In this document: positions 20,903-35,900 of the stretch, in pieces
How positions within the stretch are numbered: the stretch's first letter is position 1
How the letters are laid out: each line of letters starts with the position of its first letter
Assembly (NCBI GenBank): GCA_044892525.1
Contig: CM097885.1
Span: forward strand, 39,184,001-39,248,000
Direction of reading: 5' to 3'
From: Schmidtea polychroa
Taxonomy: Eukaryota
Length of the DNA stretch: 64,000 nt
The notes under the pieces: generated by a model
Seen by the model: the letters and a program-made list of their open reading frames with translations, nothing else
What the model was told of the DNA's origin: nothing
Databases searched by the model: none
Made by a program: the position numbers and the translations under genes

Positions 20903-23900
20903 TGTGTGTGTGTTATTTGATCAAGTGTATGTTTGGGCATTTATTATTTTTAATTTAGTACTCCCGTAATTATATGATTTCAACAATGAAAAATCGAATA
21001 TACAATCCTCTTAAATGTGAATTTTATGATCCAACACAACGGCTTATTAATTACTCAAGTCCTACTATTTATAGAGATGTACAAATGTGTTACGATTATT
21101 ATTAACATTAAGGGATTTTCAATTTGTTTGAGCTCTGACATTTTTATATATTCTGTATTTGATTTCTCGAGAGTATACTTTCTCAGTTCCTTTCTCTTTA
21201 TTTAAGTAATATCTCAATAAATGTCGAATCAATATGCCAATTTTCCGACTCCTGATCTGAAAATGATTCGTACCTATGTAGTAATATGATGTGTTTCTAT
21301 CAGATAAAACCCTTAGCGTAGAAAAATGTGGAGCCAGGAAGTAGGCCACTGGTTACCGTGGTCATCGTAAAATAGATCAATTTGAGTCGGTTTAAAATTG
21401 CTTTAATAAAATGGCAACATTTAAAAACCAATGGCATCCAAAGTTATTCATTTTTAATATGTGGTTAGTAATTTTTAACAAATTAATTTTTTTTGTTTCC
21501 ATGAGTTTTACATTATTAACATTGATATTCTTCTATTTCTTCTTCATTTTATTATAATAATAAATGGCTTACATAGTTATTTATTTGAATTATATTTTTA
21601 TAAATGATTCTGCTATATCAAAGTTTATAATAATAATAATAATAATTATTATTATTGCTATTGTTTTTGCCGTTGTATAATTGATTATTAAAATAAAAAG
21701 AAACAATCAGACTTACTTCAATGTAATTCTTCTCCATGTATCTGTAAGCATATTCATCGGCATCTTCAATGAAAAAATTAAAATTGTTAATTTCTATAAT
21801 GCCTCCGACATGTATATCTGAAGCTTGGTAATATTTGGGCAATTCTGTACTGTATCTTTCTTGGCCGGGTTTTTTAATTTTACTTCGTTCGAGAAATTTC
21901 CCCCCAAGGAATCCTGCAAATTAATCGTCATTTATTTAATTTATAACTTTAAACCTGAATTTTTTAGTACACTTTCAAACACCACAACGCTGTCATCGGC
22001 CAAAAAGAACGAAATAATAAATCGCCTGTCTTTATCTAATACTTTCTCAGTAACAAGTCTAGCTTTAAATCTCAATACGTGGGACTCTAGGCCTTTGCGA
22101 TCTTTCTCCATAAATTTAATGAAATCTCGTTTTGGAGGTTGAGGCATTAAGCCATGACAATTACCAAGAGAATCTTCTTCCGATCCCCAACCATTAAATG
22201 GCGGTTCATGACGAATTATTGGTTCTCCGCGATAATTTTCAGTAGCAATAGGAATAAAATTCGCTAGAAGGAAATATTTATTTTAAAGAATATTTTAATA
22301 AAAAAATAAAAAATTAAGTAAAATATATAATGAAAAATATTAATAAACTATATTTAACCAACAAAGGTGATGAAAAGAATCATTAATTTTACTTTGTTTT
22401 TCAATGTAAATTTTTATCCGATTCAGAAGTTCTTTAATTATAATAATTTTCTTTTAAACTTTATTGTTAAAGTCACTACTTAGAAACTAATTTTCAATAA
22501 TAGGTGAGACTTCAAATACTGATACCGGCCTTTCCTTTACGTTTACAAATCCTCCTCTTATTAATACTGATGAATCTTCATTTGAGAGACGATGTCAATC
22601 AATACATAAGGGGTCACTGGAAGTCGTTAATTCAAACGTTGTCATATTTGTCGAAACAATTTTATTTAAATAAACAGAAATTTATTACTGAAAGATTGAT
22701 CTGCTAAAATCTGTACAATGAGAAAAATATCTTGTGATTACATTCAGCACCGAATTCTACACAAATCTTTGAAATTAAAAAAAAATTTTATATTTTTATA
22801 TTTTTACAATTAAGCATTCACATAAAAGTATATTATTATAACTTATACTGTTTTTGTTCATTTAGGCTATTAGGTCATTTTTGTTCAAAATAACATCAAA
22901 TTTGTTAGCCGCAATGGTCGTTTGCTGCAGTTTACGTGTTGAAAGTTTTAGTATAATGATTCCAGCATTTTAAGTGTTAGAACTTCGTGGATTTTTGGGA
23001 AACGTTTTGCAAATAGACTGTGCACCTCCAGTCTTAGACTCACATTCTATATGTTTAGAAGGCCCCAAAAAATCTTTGTGCCTAGTGCCCCATTTTCTGC
23101 AAATGTACCCTAGGTTAAAAATAGAATAATAAATTGAAAATCTGAAATTTTATTTCCAATACAGCTTAGTAACAAATATCCTTGTCCTGATCAAATTTTG
23201 AAAGTATTCATTTGACATAAAATTAGTGCAGAAAATCATCTTTAGATAAATTTTAGATAATTATTTGGATAGTCTTCTTATATACACTTGTCCGTTTGCA
23301 AGTATCAAGTTTTTTTGCAAACTACTCATCATAAGATATTCATTTTGGTGATAAGGGTTGGTTTGCCAGTTGTAGTAGTTATGACAAATTAAAAGTAGTA
23401 GGAAAACTCCAAATAATTCATAATTCGAATCCAACGAACGAGAGTTGGGGTTCGAAATGGGAAAAATATAAAGTTATTCAGAATAAACGATTGAGTTTAA
23501 AGATCCCATAAAAGATTGTATAGAATTGAACAATAATTTACAAATAAATAGAAGTAGCTAAAATATTTAATTTTAAGTAATAAGTTTTTATTGACAATTC
23601 AATGTTTAATGATTTGGAGGAATAATTTGATCCGCTTCAGGATCGTATGATTCAATTAATATTTTATAATTTATATTCTATCATAAAATAAAGCCACTAA
23701 CTCATTCCATATTTGTAATTATAATATTCTTTAGTGAACTGATCCATATCTGTTATAACGAATTTTCGCCCAAAAACATTAACGCAAGCTCCAATTTGAA
23801 GGTCTTCATCAGTATAGAATTCAACTTTTGTTTCTCCAGTCTTTCATAAATTCAATATCCAAAAAGAATAAAGTCAATATTTTTACTTTTAAATTATCAA

Positions 23901-25935
23901 TTAAATATCTGCCACCCCTCTGTGGATGACCTAATACGTTGAGTAATGTTCTTTCGGTTTGAGTTCCAATGCTTGGGAGTGGTTCCATATATTTCGGCAA
24001 TTTTTGTCTCTTCAAAAATGTAGGAGCCGCATCTCTGCCAGCATTTGCAGGGATAACTTCTCGAATCTCCACAGTATCATCAGCTAATTGTAGATTTTTN
24101 NNNNNNNNNNNNNNNNNNNNNNNNNNNNNNNNNNNNNNNNNNNNNNNNNNNNNNNNNNNNNNNNNNNNNNNNNNNNNNNNNNNNNNNNNNNNNNNNNNNN
24201 NNNNNNNNNNNNNNNNNNNNNNNNNNNNNNNNNNNNNNNNNNNNNNNNNNNAGATTTTGTGATTTAAGATATCAATGAATTTTTGTCGGAATGCTAACTA
24301 CCACATTATCCTAATCATATTTCGCGCAAAGGTTATCAAAGTAACCTTGATAAAAAACAGGAAACAAAGAGATCCGGTGCAATCTATGGTTTTAATTTAC
24401 AGTCCTATTTCCTTGTGCAATTCAATATTTTTGAAAAATTAATAACATTATCAAAATATCAACATTTGATTTTTCAAAGTTAACTCAGCTTTCACAAATC
24501 TGGCTTTCATTTTTTTATTGTTATTTCNNNNNNNNNNNNNNNNNNNNNNNNNNNNNNNNNNNNNNNNNNNNNNNNNNNNNNNNNNNNNNNNNNNNNNNNN
24601 NNNNNNNNNNNNNNNNNNNNNNNNNNNNNNNNNNNNNNNNNNNNNNNNNNNNNNNNNNNNNNNNNNNNNNNNNNNNNNNNNNNNNNNNNNNNNNNNNNNN
24701 NNNNNNNNNNNNNNNNNNNNNNNNNNNNNGTGTACAAGTAGTAGTGTTAGTATGATTATTATATGAAATTTTCTAACCTAGAAAATAATGAATAACCATT
24801 TCTCGTTTATCTCCATACAAATTGTCCGAATCATCCCAAAAACAGAAAAATCTTAGAACATGACGATCATGATCGAGAAACTGTTTCAATTTATCCTTTC
24901 TTTCATAAGGCCTAAGAGGCTGCATAGATTCATCCATTGCCTTTCGAGTTAAATTATAATTATCCTGTGGAATCTTTTCCGGTTGCCCTACCTTAAATAA
25001 TTAATTAANNNNNNNNNNNNNNNNNNNNNNNNNNNNNNNNNNNNNNNNNNNNNNNNNNNNNNNNNNNNNNNNNNNNNNNNNNNNNNNNNNNNNNNNNNNN
25101 NNNNNNNNNNNNNNNNNNNNNNNNNNNNNNNNNNNNNNNNNNNNNNNNNNNNNNNNNNNNNNNNNNNNNNNNNNNNNNNNNNNNNNNNNNNNNNNNNNNN
25201 NNNNNNNNNNNNNNNNNTTTTGAAATAAATGTTCATATTTTTACATGCACTCCAAGTTTTCTAAGAAAATTGTGAGTGAATTCATCACAACTGATGATTC
25301 GAAAAAGCTTTCCATAAAATTCTATTTCTATTCCGACATTTAAATCATGAACAGTGTAAAACAAATGGTCATTCGGTGCTGGTTTTGCTATTCTGTGACG
25401 ACGGATTATTGTTCCTGAACGTGGCATTAATTATCAAAAGTAACAAAGAATGATGGGCATTCACCTTGTGGCAAGCAACTATTACGTGTACGGGGCTCGA
25501 TCACTTGAATCGTGTCATCTTCAAGATAAAAGATAATTTTGCAATTTCTAATTCTAAACTGTTCTTCTCTTCTTTCATTCACGGATTCTTGAAAGTAAGC
25601 ATCGAAAAACAAGACCTAAATGTTTAGTAAAACCTAAATTAAAGAAACCAGCAATTTGTACTTGTTTATCAAATGCAATCCATGCTGGCATTTTACTTCC
25701 ATCTCCTGCTGGATATTTACTAGTTGGAGCACCAATTCTCTGTCCGGGCAGCGGAGCACCTCCAATGCCATTCTTGTCATCGCCAAACATGAAATTAACT
25801 TCATTCTTACTATCAAAATGATGAGATTTATGGTACTTTTCTTTTCCCAACTACAGTTAATTAAATAAATTTTTTCTTATAAAATTGACTTACATTTCTA
25901 TTAAAAATATTACCCGGTAAAAGAGGTAAAGCCAT
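19004..25935 (-). CDS. EFHC2: EF-hand domain-containing family member C2 (three DM10 domains plus EF-hand; ciliary microtubule inner protein), 12 exons
   Basis: Exons 25935-25894, 25850-25662, 25615-25465, 25414-25245, 24991-24778, 24083-23887, 23840-23702, 22263-21955, 21913-21717, 20689-20475, 19457-19245, 19196-19004 join in phase at GT-AG. Sequence MALPLLPGNIFNRN-LGKEKYHKSH...AWIAFDKQVLFFDAY...EDDTIQVIEP...FNGWGSEEDSLGNC matches EFHC2 as I recall it. Confidence 0.95.
20823..20898. repeat. (TA)n microsatellite in an EFHC2 intron
   Basis: Direct read. Confidence 0.95.
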
Positions 25936-27689
25936 TTTTAAAATATTAAACTCAGTTGCTAAGTAACGTTTCTATGATATAGTAAATTATAACAAGCCAA
26001 TTAATAAAGAATAAAATTTATTGATAATTTAAATTTTATCATATATTATTGAAAATATTTAAAATTTTATATATTTCTTTAAAGTTTTATTGATTTTATT
26101 TAGTTCGAAATAATTTATGTCGTTTTGAAAGATTAATTAATTTCATTTATTAATTAATGTTGACTTTGATTAATTGATTATAATATGAAATCTGTTCATA
26201 AAATATGAATTTGCCAATTTAATTTTTGTAAAAACAATAATGCATTCAATCAAACTTATGTAAAAGGCTAATTTAACGTTAAAACCGAATTCATGTATTT
26301 TACAGGCGTCAAAGTAATGCATAAAGAAAATATTTTAGTTTACGATATATCTATATTCGATTTGAAAAGAATATTGCAACAAAGATTATTCTTCCATGTT
26401 ACAGAAATGAAGGGAAATTTGATGTCACCCTTACTTTAGATATTTAAAAATTATACAAAACAATATAAATTTGTCATTTGTGTAAGAAAAGGGTAAAAGA
26501 TATGAGAAGAAATCACAATCACTTTAGTGGGAAGTACATTGGTTCTTTATATAAGAAATGTAATATTTTTAGAATAAACAGCTCTTTACACTAATTTGAG
26601 AGGATATAATCTTTAAGTCATTAAGTATCGCTTTTATCGATTTGTTTATTGGAATTTAAGTTGTATTTCGATTACTAGTGAAAAATGGCTATCACATTTC
26701 TATTACAATTTATTGACTTATTAGTTTGTAAATGACTCATTGTCTAATGCGGTCCAAATATACTTTATCACAAAATTGAAATTTAATGGTATTACAGTTT
26801 GATTTATAGGAATATTTTGATATCAAAAGACAAGAAGTGCTGGAAATTAAGTAAGACTTGCCACCGATTTTGGAAAATGTGACAGAAAACAATTAAAACA
26901 CTCAACAGATATAACATGAAACCGTTTGTCAAACCTTGGATGAATTATCAGTTAATTTTTTTCAAATTGGATAACTTTCACTTGGCTGATTTCTTCCATC
27001 CGTTTTGACCTAAGACATTAGCTTATAACCGATTATCCCTAGTTAACTAAAAATGCTTAGTATATCATAGGCATCAACCCTTTTGAATTTAGAAGAACCT
27101 ATTGAGTTATTACAAAAAATTAAGTTATTAATTTTTAATGCGTAATATTAAATTTACTGTATTTTCGAAATATTGTAAAAAATACAATAAAAACTTTCAA
27201 TTGATTTATAGAGAATTTTCTAGTTAGATACAATAGTTCATGACGTCATCTCTGTACTCGAGTTCAAGAACACTGTCGACCGAAAGAATGTCCAATATTA
27301 AGGATCATGATAAAGTATGTATGAGAGAATTAGGAATGTCGGATTTTAAAATATTATCAAAATAATTTGATAATTGGTTTGAGCGTGTGATATGTGAAGC
27401 ATTTGTTGATAAGAACTTTTAATCCTAAAGTCAATGTGCAGAATGCAGTGAATACGTGTGTGTGTGTTGAATGTTTTTAATTAAGTTTTTGTATGTTGTT
27501 GAATATTAATAATAGTTATGTTATATAATTAAAAAAAAATAATTAAAATAATATTTTTAGATAATTTTAAAAGTTTAAAATAATTGATTGTTGAAAATTA
27601 TTTTTAAAAATAATTGTTTAAAATTGTTATTTATAATTTTAAAATTTTAAAAATTTATAGATTTTATAATTAGTTTATAAATTACCAAT

Positions 27690-27985
27690 ATAGTATAGTT
27701 ATTAATCCGTCGCGAATGTAGGTAACCTGATGAACATAGTGATGCTATCGAAATATATAGTGAAAAAGATGTACGAATGGCGATATTATAAATTATTATT
27801 TATACGGTAAATTGCTGACAGGACAGACAAAAAAACCGACTTAGGAGTGGTCGCCTTGGGATGAAACATAGTCTACAACCTATCCCGAGTCAAATGATGC
27901 CCACGTGTAAAGTTTCAGCACCCTAAGTTCAAAGGTGGGGAATTCTATAGAAAACAAACAAACTTTAATATTTATATATTAGATT
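27690..27985 (-). mobile_element. Possible non-autonomous Helitron-like element
   Basis: Minus strand begins ATCTAATATATAAATATT...GTTTGTTTG and contains TGTCTGTC tracts, a pattern typical of invertebrate non-autonomous Helitrons. The 3' hairpin is unclear. Confidence 0.3.
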
Positions 27986-28114
27986 TCAAAATGATAAAAC
28001 GAACATTTGACATTGGGTTCACAAAATTTAAGGGAATAAATTGGCAAAGCTAGTGACTGACCTTTTGAATGCAATCGGGCATGACTCTCTGTGATTAGCC
28101 ATACTGGCATCGAC

Positions 28115-28330
28115 TTAAACTTTTGAATCACAAATACAGATCACAAATTCAGTGGCTTCGAGAAAGTGACGGAAGTGCTTGCTAGCTTTGTATATTGCAA
28201 GTAATTTTCTGTCGTATGTACAGTATATAGATTCTGTCTTCGTTAACAGTCTGCTAAAAAATGATATTGGTCGCCAATTTTGCTCCAGTACTGCTCCAAT
28301 ACCTGATCCTGAGGCAGCTGTTCTCAAGGT
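28115..28330 (-). pseudogene. Degenerate Gypsy RNase H fragment
   Basis: TAASGSGIGAVLEQNWRPISFFSRLLTKTESIYCTYDRKLLAIYKASKHFRHFLE; the catalytic TDAS motif is mutated to TAAS. Confidence 0.85.
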
Positions 28331-28339
28331 GGTAGGTTT

Positions 28340-30211
28340 TGATTCATGAAATAACGCGAGTTTGGTCGTTTTTTATAATAATTGTTTCGCTTCATCAAAA
28401 CATTTTAACTCATAAAACAATACTTAATTTTATGAAAAAAATAACTCTTGGGGAAATTGTTGATGAGTTAGCCACAAAAGACGGATTAGAGGAATTACAA
28501 GATCGAGTTTCATTCTGCAGACAATTCATGCTCAGGGCTACAAATTGCCAAAAAGCGAAAATAGTACAATGGCACTTATTCATGCTTAATTTGAAATAAA
28601 GAAAAGCATATATATATCAACTACTTTGATGAAGCTATAAAGAAAGGCCAGAAATTCAGCATCACTTTGGATGAATAGTTAAGTTCATGACAACATCGAT
28701 ACATGAATATCAATGTACATGATAAAACGGAAAAAGTATTTAATCTTGGATTGATAAGAATTATTGGATCGTGCAATGCAAGATAAATTCTGTCAATTGT
28801 CACCGATCATCTTAAATGTTTCATCTTTCTTTTAAAAACGACGTTGTGGCTACTACCAACGACGGAGTCAGTGTAATTGTGAAATACGGAAGAGAATCTC
28901 CAGCAGAATTACAATTGTGTTTAAACCATGGTCTTCATTTGGCCGTTTGTAATAATTCTTATTTAAGAAACCGCATAAATGATAACCAATATACCAGTTC
29001 TGAAGATGAAGCCATTGGTTTGAAGAAGAGTTTGAAGACGATTTTTCATTGTCTGCTTCTACTGATGAATATAAAGAAAGCGAAGCCGAAAGGGTTACCG
29101 AGATATTTAAAATAGCTGAGATACTAAATAAAGTACGGGTTATAGTAAAATCTTTCAAATCATCGAATTCGGTCTGTCTTATGCTGGAAAAGTTTGTGAA
29201 GCTTCAGAAACCAATTGTGGAAGCATTAACAGAATTAAACGCCACAAATTTAATCATTGATCTCAATTTAGAAATAATTAAAGGGTTGTGCTCTATTTTG
29301 AAACCATTAGAACTCACTGTGCATGAAATAAGACGCCAATTTAATATTTGCCAAAGGTGCAATTAATTTTTTGTTGATAAAGCTTGATGGAATCGGAACT
29401 CAAGAAAACTCTTGTCGAAGCGATACCTGAAATTAACGGACTGAAAGAAAATATCAAGACGTGATTAAGTTTTCGAGAGAATTCAGATCTTAATACATTG
29501 TTATCCTGTCTTCTGCAGCAAAAAGTACCAACAAAAGAAAATTTAAATTTCGATACGCGTTTGTTGAATCGACTGTACCCTAGTTTATCAACATCCGCGG
29601 TATCTGATGATGAAGAGAGCTTCATCGATTCAAATGATGTTTCTGTTCATTGTGATATGTCTTTAGAATACGAAATGAACGCTTATATAAATTATGAATC
29701 CAAAGAGGGTGGAGTACAAGAGACCCCATATTAATCTCTCAAAAAAGAATTTGCTATATATAAGAAAACTGGCAAAAGAACTAAAACTTTACAACAATTA
29801 TATCATGAAGTTTTAACAGTACGTCCAACATCCACCGAATCTGAACGAGTATTTTCCGTTTCAGCGAATTTCACACGGAAACTGAGATCTCACCTTAGTT
29901 TTTCCATTAATTGTTTGGTATTTTTTAAATATTATAGAATTAAAAGTAGTAATAATTAAACGTTTAATATAACCTATAACAATTTTTGTTTGACAATTTA
30001 ATAATTTTTTTATCTTTTTCTGTATTGTTAAATTTTGAATTATTTTTTATAATATAAATAAATGGAACTAAAAAGTTGAATGGTATATAATTTATTATTA
30101 TTAAATCTACCTTATTATAGTATAGATTCTCTTCTTTAAGCGAACTAATTATATTGAAAACCAAAATCGGAAACCGTGGTTTCAAAAAATCCGGTTATTT
30201 TGCAAACTCTA
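28340..30211 (+). mobile_element. Decayed hAT DNA transposon
   Basis: Fragments SITLDE, RYMNINVH, TTNDGVSV, CLNHGLHLAV (CxxH) and the C-terminal dimerisation motif RPTSTESERVFS, with stops and frameshifts. TIR-like right end ...TTGCAAACTCTA at 30211. Confidence 0.8.
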
Positions 30212-30678
30212 ACTTAACCTTTTCCACAACCTAGTTTACTTTTGTCCAGCTCAGTTATATAAACATATCAAAGTCTCGAGAGACGTTTGCAAGCTTTATA
30301 TAATTTGTGTTGTGAAAAATTCATTTTCAATATTAATTCTGATTTTATAATTTAATAACATTTTCCGGCTAACATTTTTTTCTGTTTTGGCCTAAAAAGA
30401 AAAATGACCTAATTCAAAGAAAATATTTAGAGCTATCTAAAAATTTAGTAAAACAATTTTTAAAAAATGGTTATTTATTAATTACTAGAAATAAATCAAT
30501 ATCAAAAATATCTTTTAAAAATATTATTACAGTTAAAATGAAAGTTATTCATTAAATTAGTTTTAAAAATTGAATTGATTTCTACTTTTAATATCTAATT
30601 CTATATTAAGGAGTCTTAGAAATTGTAAAATATAAATTTAATGGTCTTTGTTTTAATATTATTTTTTTGATTTAAATA

Positions 30679-30966
30679 ATGTCTATCATTTTTGCTGAAG
30701 AAGATGATTTAAAAGGAATAGATTCGAAATTAATTTCAATCGATCGAGTATATTAATATATTAATTACATTCTATAAACAGTATAGTTTAATTGTTTTTA
30801 GATGCTTGATGAGAATGACGTGTTAATTGAAACTGTTCATAGTCTTCACGAAGCTGGTAGACTTGAAGATATGGTCAAAATGCAAGAAATTTTATTAAGA
30901 AATCTCACTGTACTTGGGAAGCATGTTGATAATAATAGTAATATAATTCCTACCGTTGACAGATGA
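30679..30966 (+). CDS. SS18L2: SS18-like protein 2 (SSXT domain), two exons, 77 aa
   Basis: Exons 30679-30747 and 30802-30966 with a 54-nt GT-AG intron give MSIIFAEE...IDR-MLDENDVLIETVHSLHEAGRLEDMVKMQEILLRNLTVLGKHVD, which follows the SSXT pattern (MLDxNxxLI...Q..L.xNL..L...D). Confidence 0.8.
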
Positions 30967-31613
30967 ATTTTGTTAAAATATAAAATTCAAATTTCATTTA
31001 TTATTTTCACATAATTTGTTAGTTCTGAAAAGTAGTTTTACTATTTTAAAACACTGGATACAATATATTTATATAGTTATTGTAATTTCATTAGATAAAT
31101 TATCAAAAAATAATATGTTATGGTTATTCCAAAAAATAAATATAGTGCATTTATAATTTATTAGTTTAAATCAAGGGTTACCAAAGTAAAGCCGGAGTCC
31201 CATTTTCATAGTAATCTAAAAAATTTGCCAGTGTTGAAAAACTTAGAAACAAGCAGGATATCCTGGTCATAATCTCACTATTTAAATATTAAAATTTTAA
31301 TTAAACGTCAATACGCAGTTTCGCATAGGTTAGACATACTGAAAGGCAAAATAATTTTTATTGTATGTCTGAAACTTTTATTTATAATTTATTTTCAAGC
31401 ATAAATTTTCTTGGACACTCATAAGATTTTCATAAGAAATATAGATTAGCTGTTCTCACTCGAGTATTGAGAGTTTTTCTAATAAAGAATCTTCCCACGT
31501 ACCACGGTTTGAGAATCTAAGGGCCAAATTAATCTTATTTAGAAAAGTTATCTTAGTGTGTAACGTTTTACTTTATTCCTTAACTAAATGCAAGTTACAA
31601 ATACCGTATATAC

Positions 31614-31785
31614 TAAGGTGATTAGACGTCCCGATTTTTCACGATTTATCCCGCGTCAAAATGAATAAAAAATATGTCAAGGAATAAAATATTACCATAT
31701 TATTTTTATTCTATCTGAAAATTTTTGTTGATACCCCTCCTTCAAAGTTGTCCCGCTTTGCCCATCTAAAAATCTAGTCACCTTA
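31614..31785. mobile_element. hAT-type MITE
   Basis: TIRs TAAGGTGATTAGA / TCTAGTCACCTTA (12/13 match); 8-bp TSD GTATATAC / TTATATAC. Confidence 0.7.
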
Positions 31786-32975
31786 TTATATACGGTTTTT
31801 GGGCTAGAATCGAAAGTTTGTTTCAATGGATCAAAAATACATAACATAAAAACCGCACAAAGTTGAATACACAAATAATACAAAATAAAGTACATGGAGA
31901 ATAAATAAAACACATAATAAAATAAAGAAATAAATAAATTGAAAAATTGAAACTAAAAATTTCTATTAACGGATAAAATAATAAAAAGTAAATTAAAATT
32001 ATATAAAAAGTTAAAATTAGGTAATTTATAAAATTTATAGAATTAAATTGTTAGAATTAATAAAAATTAAATAATTACACACACTCATGCATGTGTGCAA
32101 AAGTAATTCAAATTTACTGCATTCTGATTGGATCTAGTGGCAGATAATGTAATCAAAATCAGTTTGGTTTAGTTAATTTTTTTTGTTCTTTTTATCGTTT
32201 GCTTCTAAGTTTTAATATTTACAGTTTGCATGAATGTTATTTTATTTGATTTTTATGACTGAGATTATTTTTAATGTCGTTGGATTGAACAGTGTCCAAG
32301 AGATGTTGGCACTTGCGTTGATGCCAGAGCGGAAGCTTGACAGTTTGGGGCATGATTTGAATGGGATTTATTCCTTTATAGATATCCACGAATCCATATG
32401 AATTTTAAAAGTATTTATCGTTTTGAATGTCTTCGGATTGAACGGTGTTTGTGAGGTGTTCGGGCATGCGTTGATGCCAGAGCGGATGCTTGACAGTTCG
32501 GAGCATTGTTTTGAATAGATATAGCATAGACTGGTTCGTCACTGTTATTTTTATGGATTTTATTGAGTTAGGAGCGGCAATAAAGTAAATAAGATCGGTT
32601 ATAAGTAGTTAGAGTTTAGTTTTGGTCAGTATAATGGAATTTATGAGTAGTTAGGATATCAAATAAGTCAGGATCGGAAATATAGACAGATCCCTGCACA
32701 ATCTTTTCAAAGGATGAGTCGAATATTATCAAACATAATAGAAGGTCGGGAACAATATGTATTAGTTGGGAAATAAGGGCGGATTCCTGAGCAAAATTTG
32801 GAAAAAAGAACTATAGCAAACACCCAGAAATGAGGACCATGATTCACTGAATAAACAACAATAATCTAACAACAGAAATAGATAATAAAAAATGACGTAA
32901 GACCTTCTATCGGCAGTCCAGAACCCGAAAAGAAAATATCACGATGAGTAATTTTAGTAATAGAGCTCACCTACT

Positions 32976-35900
32976 TGTTGGGCTGAATCGAAGGGTAGTT
33001 GAGAAATTAGGGCAAACTTAACTAAAATAAAATAAAAAATAAAAACAAATAAATTGACAAACAAAATAGAATAAAACATAAGAAAAACAATAATTAGAAA
33101 ATAGGAATTAAAACAAAAAATATAAAGATGAGAAAAAATTAAAATAGGACAATAGAATGGCGGAAAACAACGTAAAATATAGTAAATAATAAGAAAATTA
33201 AGGAAAATAAATAAAAACATAATTTTAATAAAGAAAGTAAGAAGAAATAACTCAAAAACAAGGAAAATAAATTAAATTAATAAAATTAAGCGGTACTCAA
33301 TTCTAATTGGTCCGCGCAAACAAAAAATTAATATATAAGCAGGCATTAAAAACATAACAATTACTGTTAATCAACCACCTCAATAGGTAAGCGAAATTTA
33401 AACAAAAATACTGTTAATCAACCACCTCAATAGGTAAATCTATTCTACGACAGAACAGAACTCCAGCAACTAACGCACGATAACTCACGAGGACAATCCC
33501 AAGATTCAAGAGATTTTTACAGAACTAGACGATATTCGAGCATTATCTGATTCGACATAGTACCCTTTTCGACTCAGCCCATACTTGTATCAATCATTCA
33601 GTAAGGATTTTTGATTGCTTATTTTGAATTTTTAAGTAATGCGTATAGTTTAATAATATTTTTAATTTAAAAAATGGTTTTTCTTTTCGTTTGATTTTCG
33701 AATGCTTTACTTAAATTAATAATTTGCTTAATAATAAATGATTTGCTCGTTAAGAATTATTGATCTTTTATGAATTAATTTGTATGAATTATTGGAGACT
33801 ATTCAATTTTGCGAGAAACGTGGCGTTGAGATACTCTATGTCATGGTGTGAGGTGCCTTCGGGAGCTCCACCGGTGGACATAGGGTATTTCAATCACGCA
33901 GCTAGATTGGGCCGAAATGTGAGGGCTTCTTCACGGGTCCAATTGCTGAAGGTGCGACTAAAAGCTATAGGTAAATGGTGGCAGAAAATTGATAGTCATG
34001 TAGTGATTGAAAACAAAGATATATAATAAAGGAATCGGAGAGTTTGGATGTATTCGCGCAGTGATTGAGGGTGTCGCACTATCGTCTTCAAATATCGTTT
34101 TTGCTAAACCTAAAAATCTCTCTATCATCAATGTAGGTTGTGCGTCAAAAATTGTTCAAACCTTAATGAGGCTATCTGTGACATATCTTTGATGTTCATA
34201 CCTTTCACTCAGAATCTGTTCCGACCAATTTTAGCCTATGACCTTTTGAACTATTATTCCGTTCACCTAAAAGTTCTCTTAAAGACATCGTTGCAAGGAA
34301 GCTCAAAGTAGATTGCTTCAGATAATTATTGGAATTATTCCAAATGACTGTTTACGGATAAATTGTAGAACTACGTAAAATAATTTATTATAGATAATTG
34401 TTAGGACTTCATAAAACGAGTTTGTTCCAAATAAAATTTTGAATTACATAAAATAATTTACTTCAATTTTTTTTTGAATTATATAAAAATATTTACATAT
34501 AATTAATTATCATAATTACACGAACTATTGGCATCAAATAATTTAAAAATGAAAAATGCAACTAACTCGAGCCAAGAAAAATATATTTCTTCAAGTTAAC
34601 CGAGGATCTTTTTAATTAAATAAAAAATTCCAGTATTTCATGGGGCTGGCAATCCAGCAGGGACAGGTAGAAATCCTCCAGCACTTAGAGAGTAGCTCGA
34701 TAAACTATGTTTGAGGAATTAGAGACGAAAAATCCACCCTTGGAGCAAGCAGTATCCAACATTTGCAATATAGATAATTTTAATTTTTCCAATAATCCGG
34801 TGAGAATTAGTAAATCATCACCATATGCCGTAGAATTGTGAGCGAATACGCGGTGGATAAAATTCTGAGAGAATGCCATCATGCAAACATTCAACGCCTG
34901 CATTGGTAGTATAATTAAGCGGGTGAAAGCGCACCTGGCATGCGTCACCAGTTGCAGACTTACCTAATAGCCAAGTACAGTAGACAAAGTCACACACGCA
35001 TCTACTCATGAAAAATTAGATCGAACATGCCAATTAAACTACCGATAGCTATCAGATTTCACCGCTTCGGATTAAGAGTCAATCACTGGGCTGACATTAC
35101 CTTATCTACCCAGCAGGTATGATCGACTACTAGCTCACACTGATACCGTGCTCAGTTGTTATAAAGACACTAACATTTAAGGATAAACTCGATCATAATT
35201 ATGAGTATTCTCTCGTTATTATCTTAGCATGAATGGCACCGAAATTATTTCATTTTTTGACATAGTTATCATTAATATTAGTATCGAATATTGTTAAATA
35301 AATATTATGTAAACCAGGTAAAACACATACGTGAGTAATTAAAGAAAATGAATAAACAATTAAAAATTTAAATAACCTTCCGTTTATCCTGTAGGAACTA
35401 ATCAACAGGCATTATGGACCCCTTTTCCATAGATAGTCACTCGACCCCAATATATGATACACTCAGTAAAAGCACTCGTACGGGGGGAGAAGTCGACAAT
35501 TTAAATCGATTCTCGGTAAACGTGAAATAATGACTCCAAGCGGATTAAATAAATAATCAGTTTCATCGACATAGAATTTCTCTCACAAATAGTAATATCT
35601 TCCTTTTCCTTGTGCGAAATCTGGGTTGATTGATTTATCTTCTTATAATTAAAGCCCCGAAAGGGTACGAGAATCCATCGCGTAGTAGAACTTGTCCTGA
35701 CTGGTAAACCCTTATTTTTGTCTATGATCAGTACAGTATGAATGTAGTCAGGTGGTGACGCTCCCGCTGATTTAATTATTTTCATTTTCTTTTTCACAGT
35801 CGCTCAAAATGTTGCCAAATTCCAAGCCCGTTCTTCGACCTTGTTTTTCTTGCTCCGACAAGAATTCAATTATCAAAGAGCTCCAGGCCCAAATTGGCAA

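Noticed and set aside
22503-22673. Possible nested plus-strand exon in EFHC2 intron 7
   Set aside because: Single short frame with no homology or partner exons.
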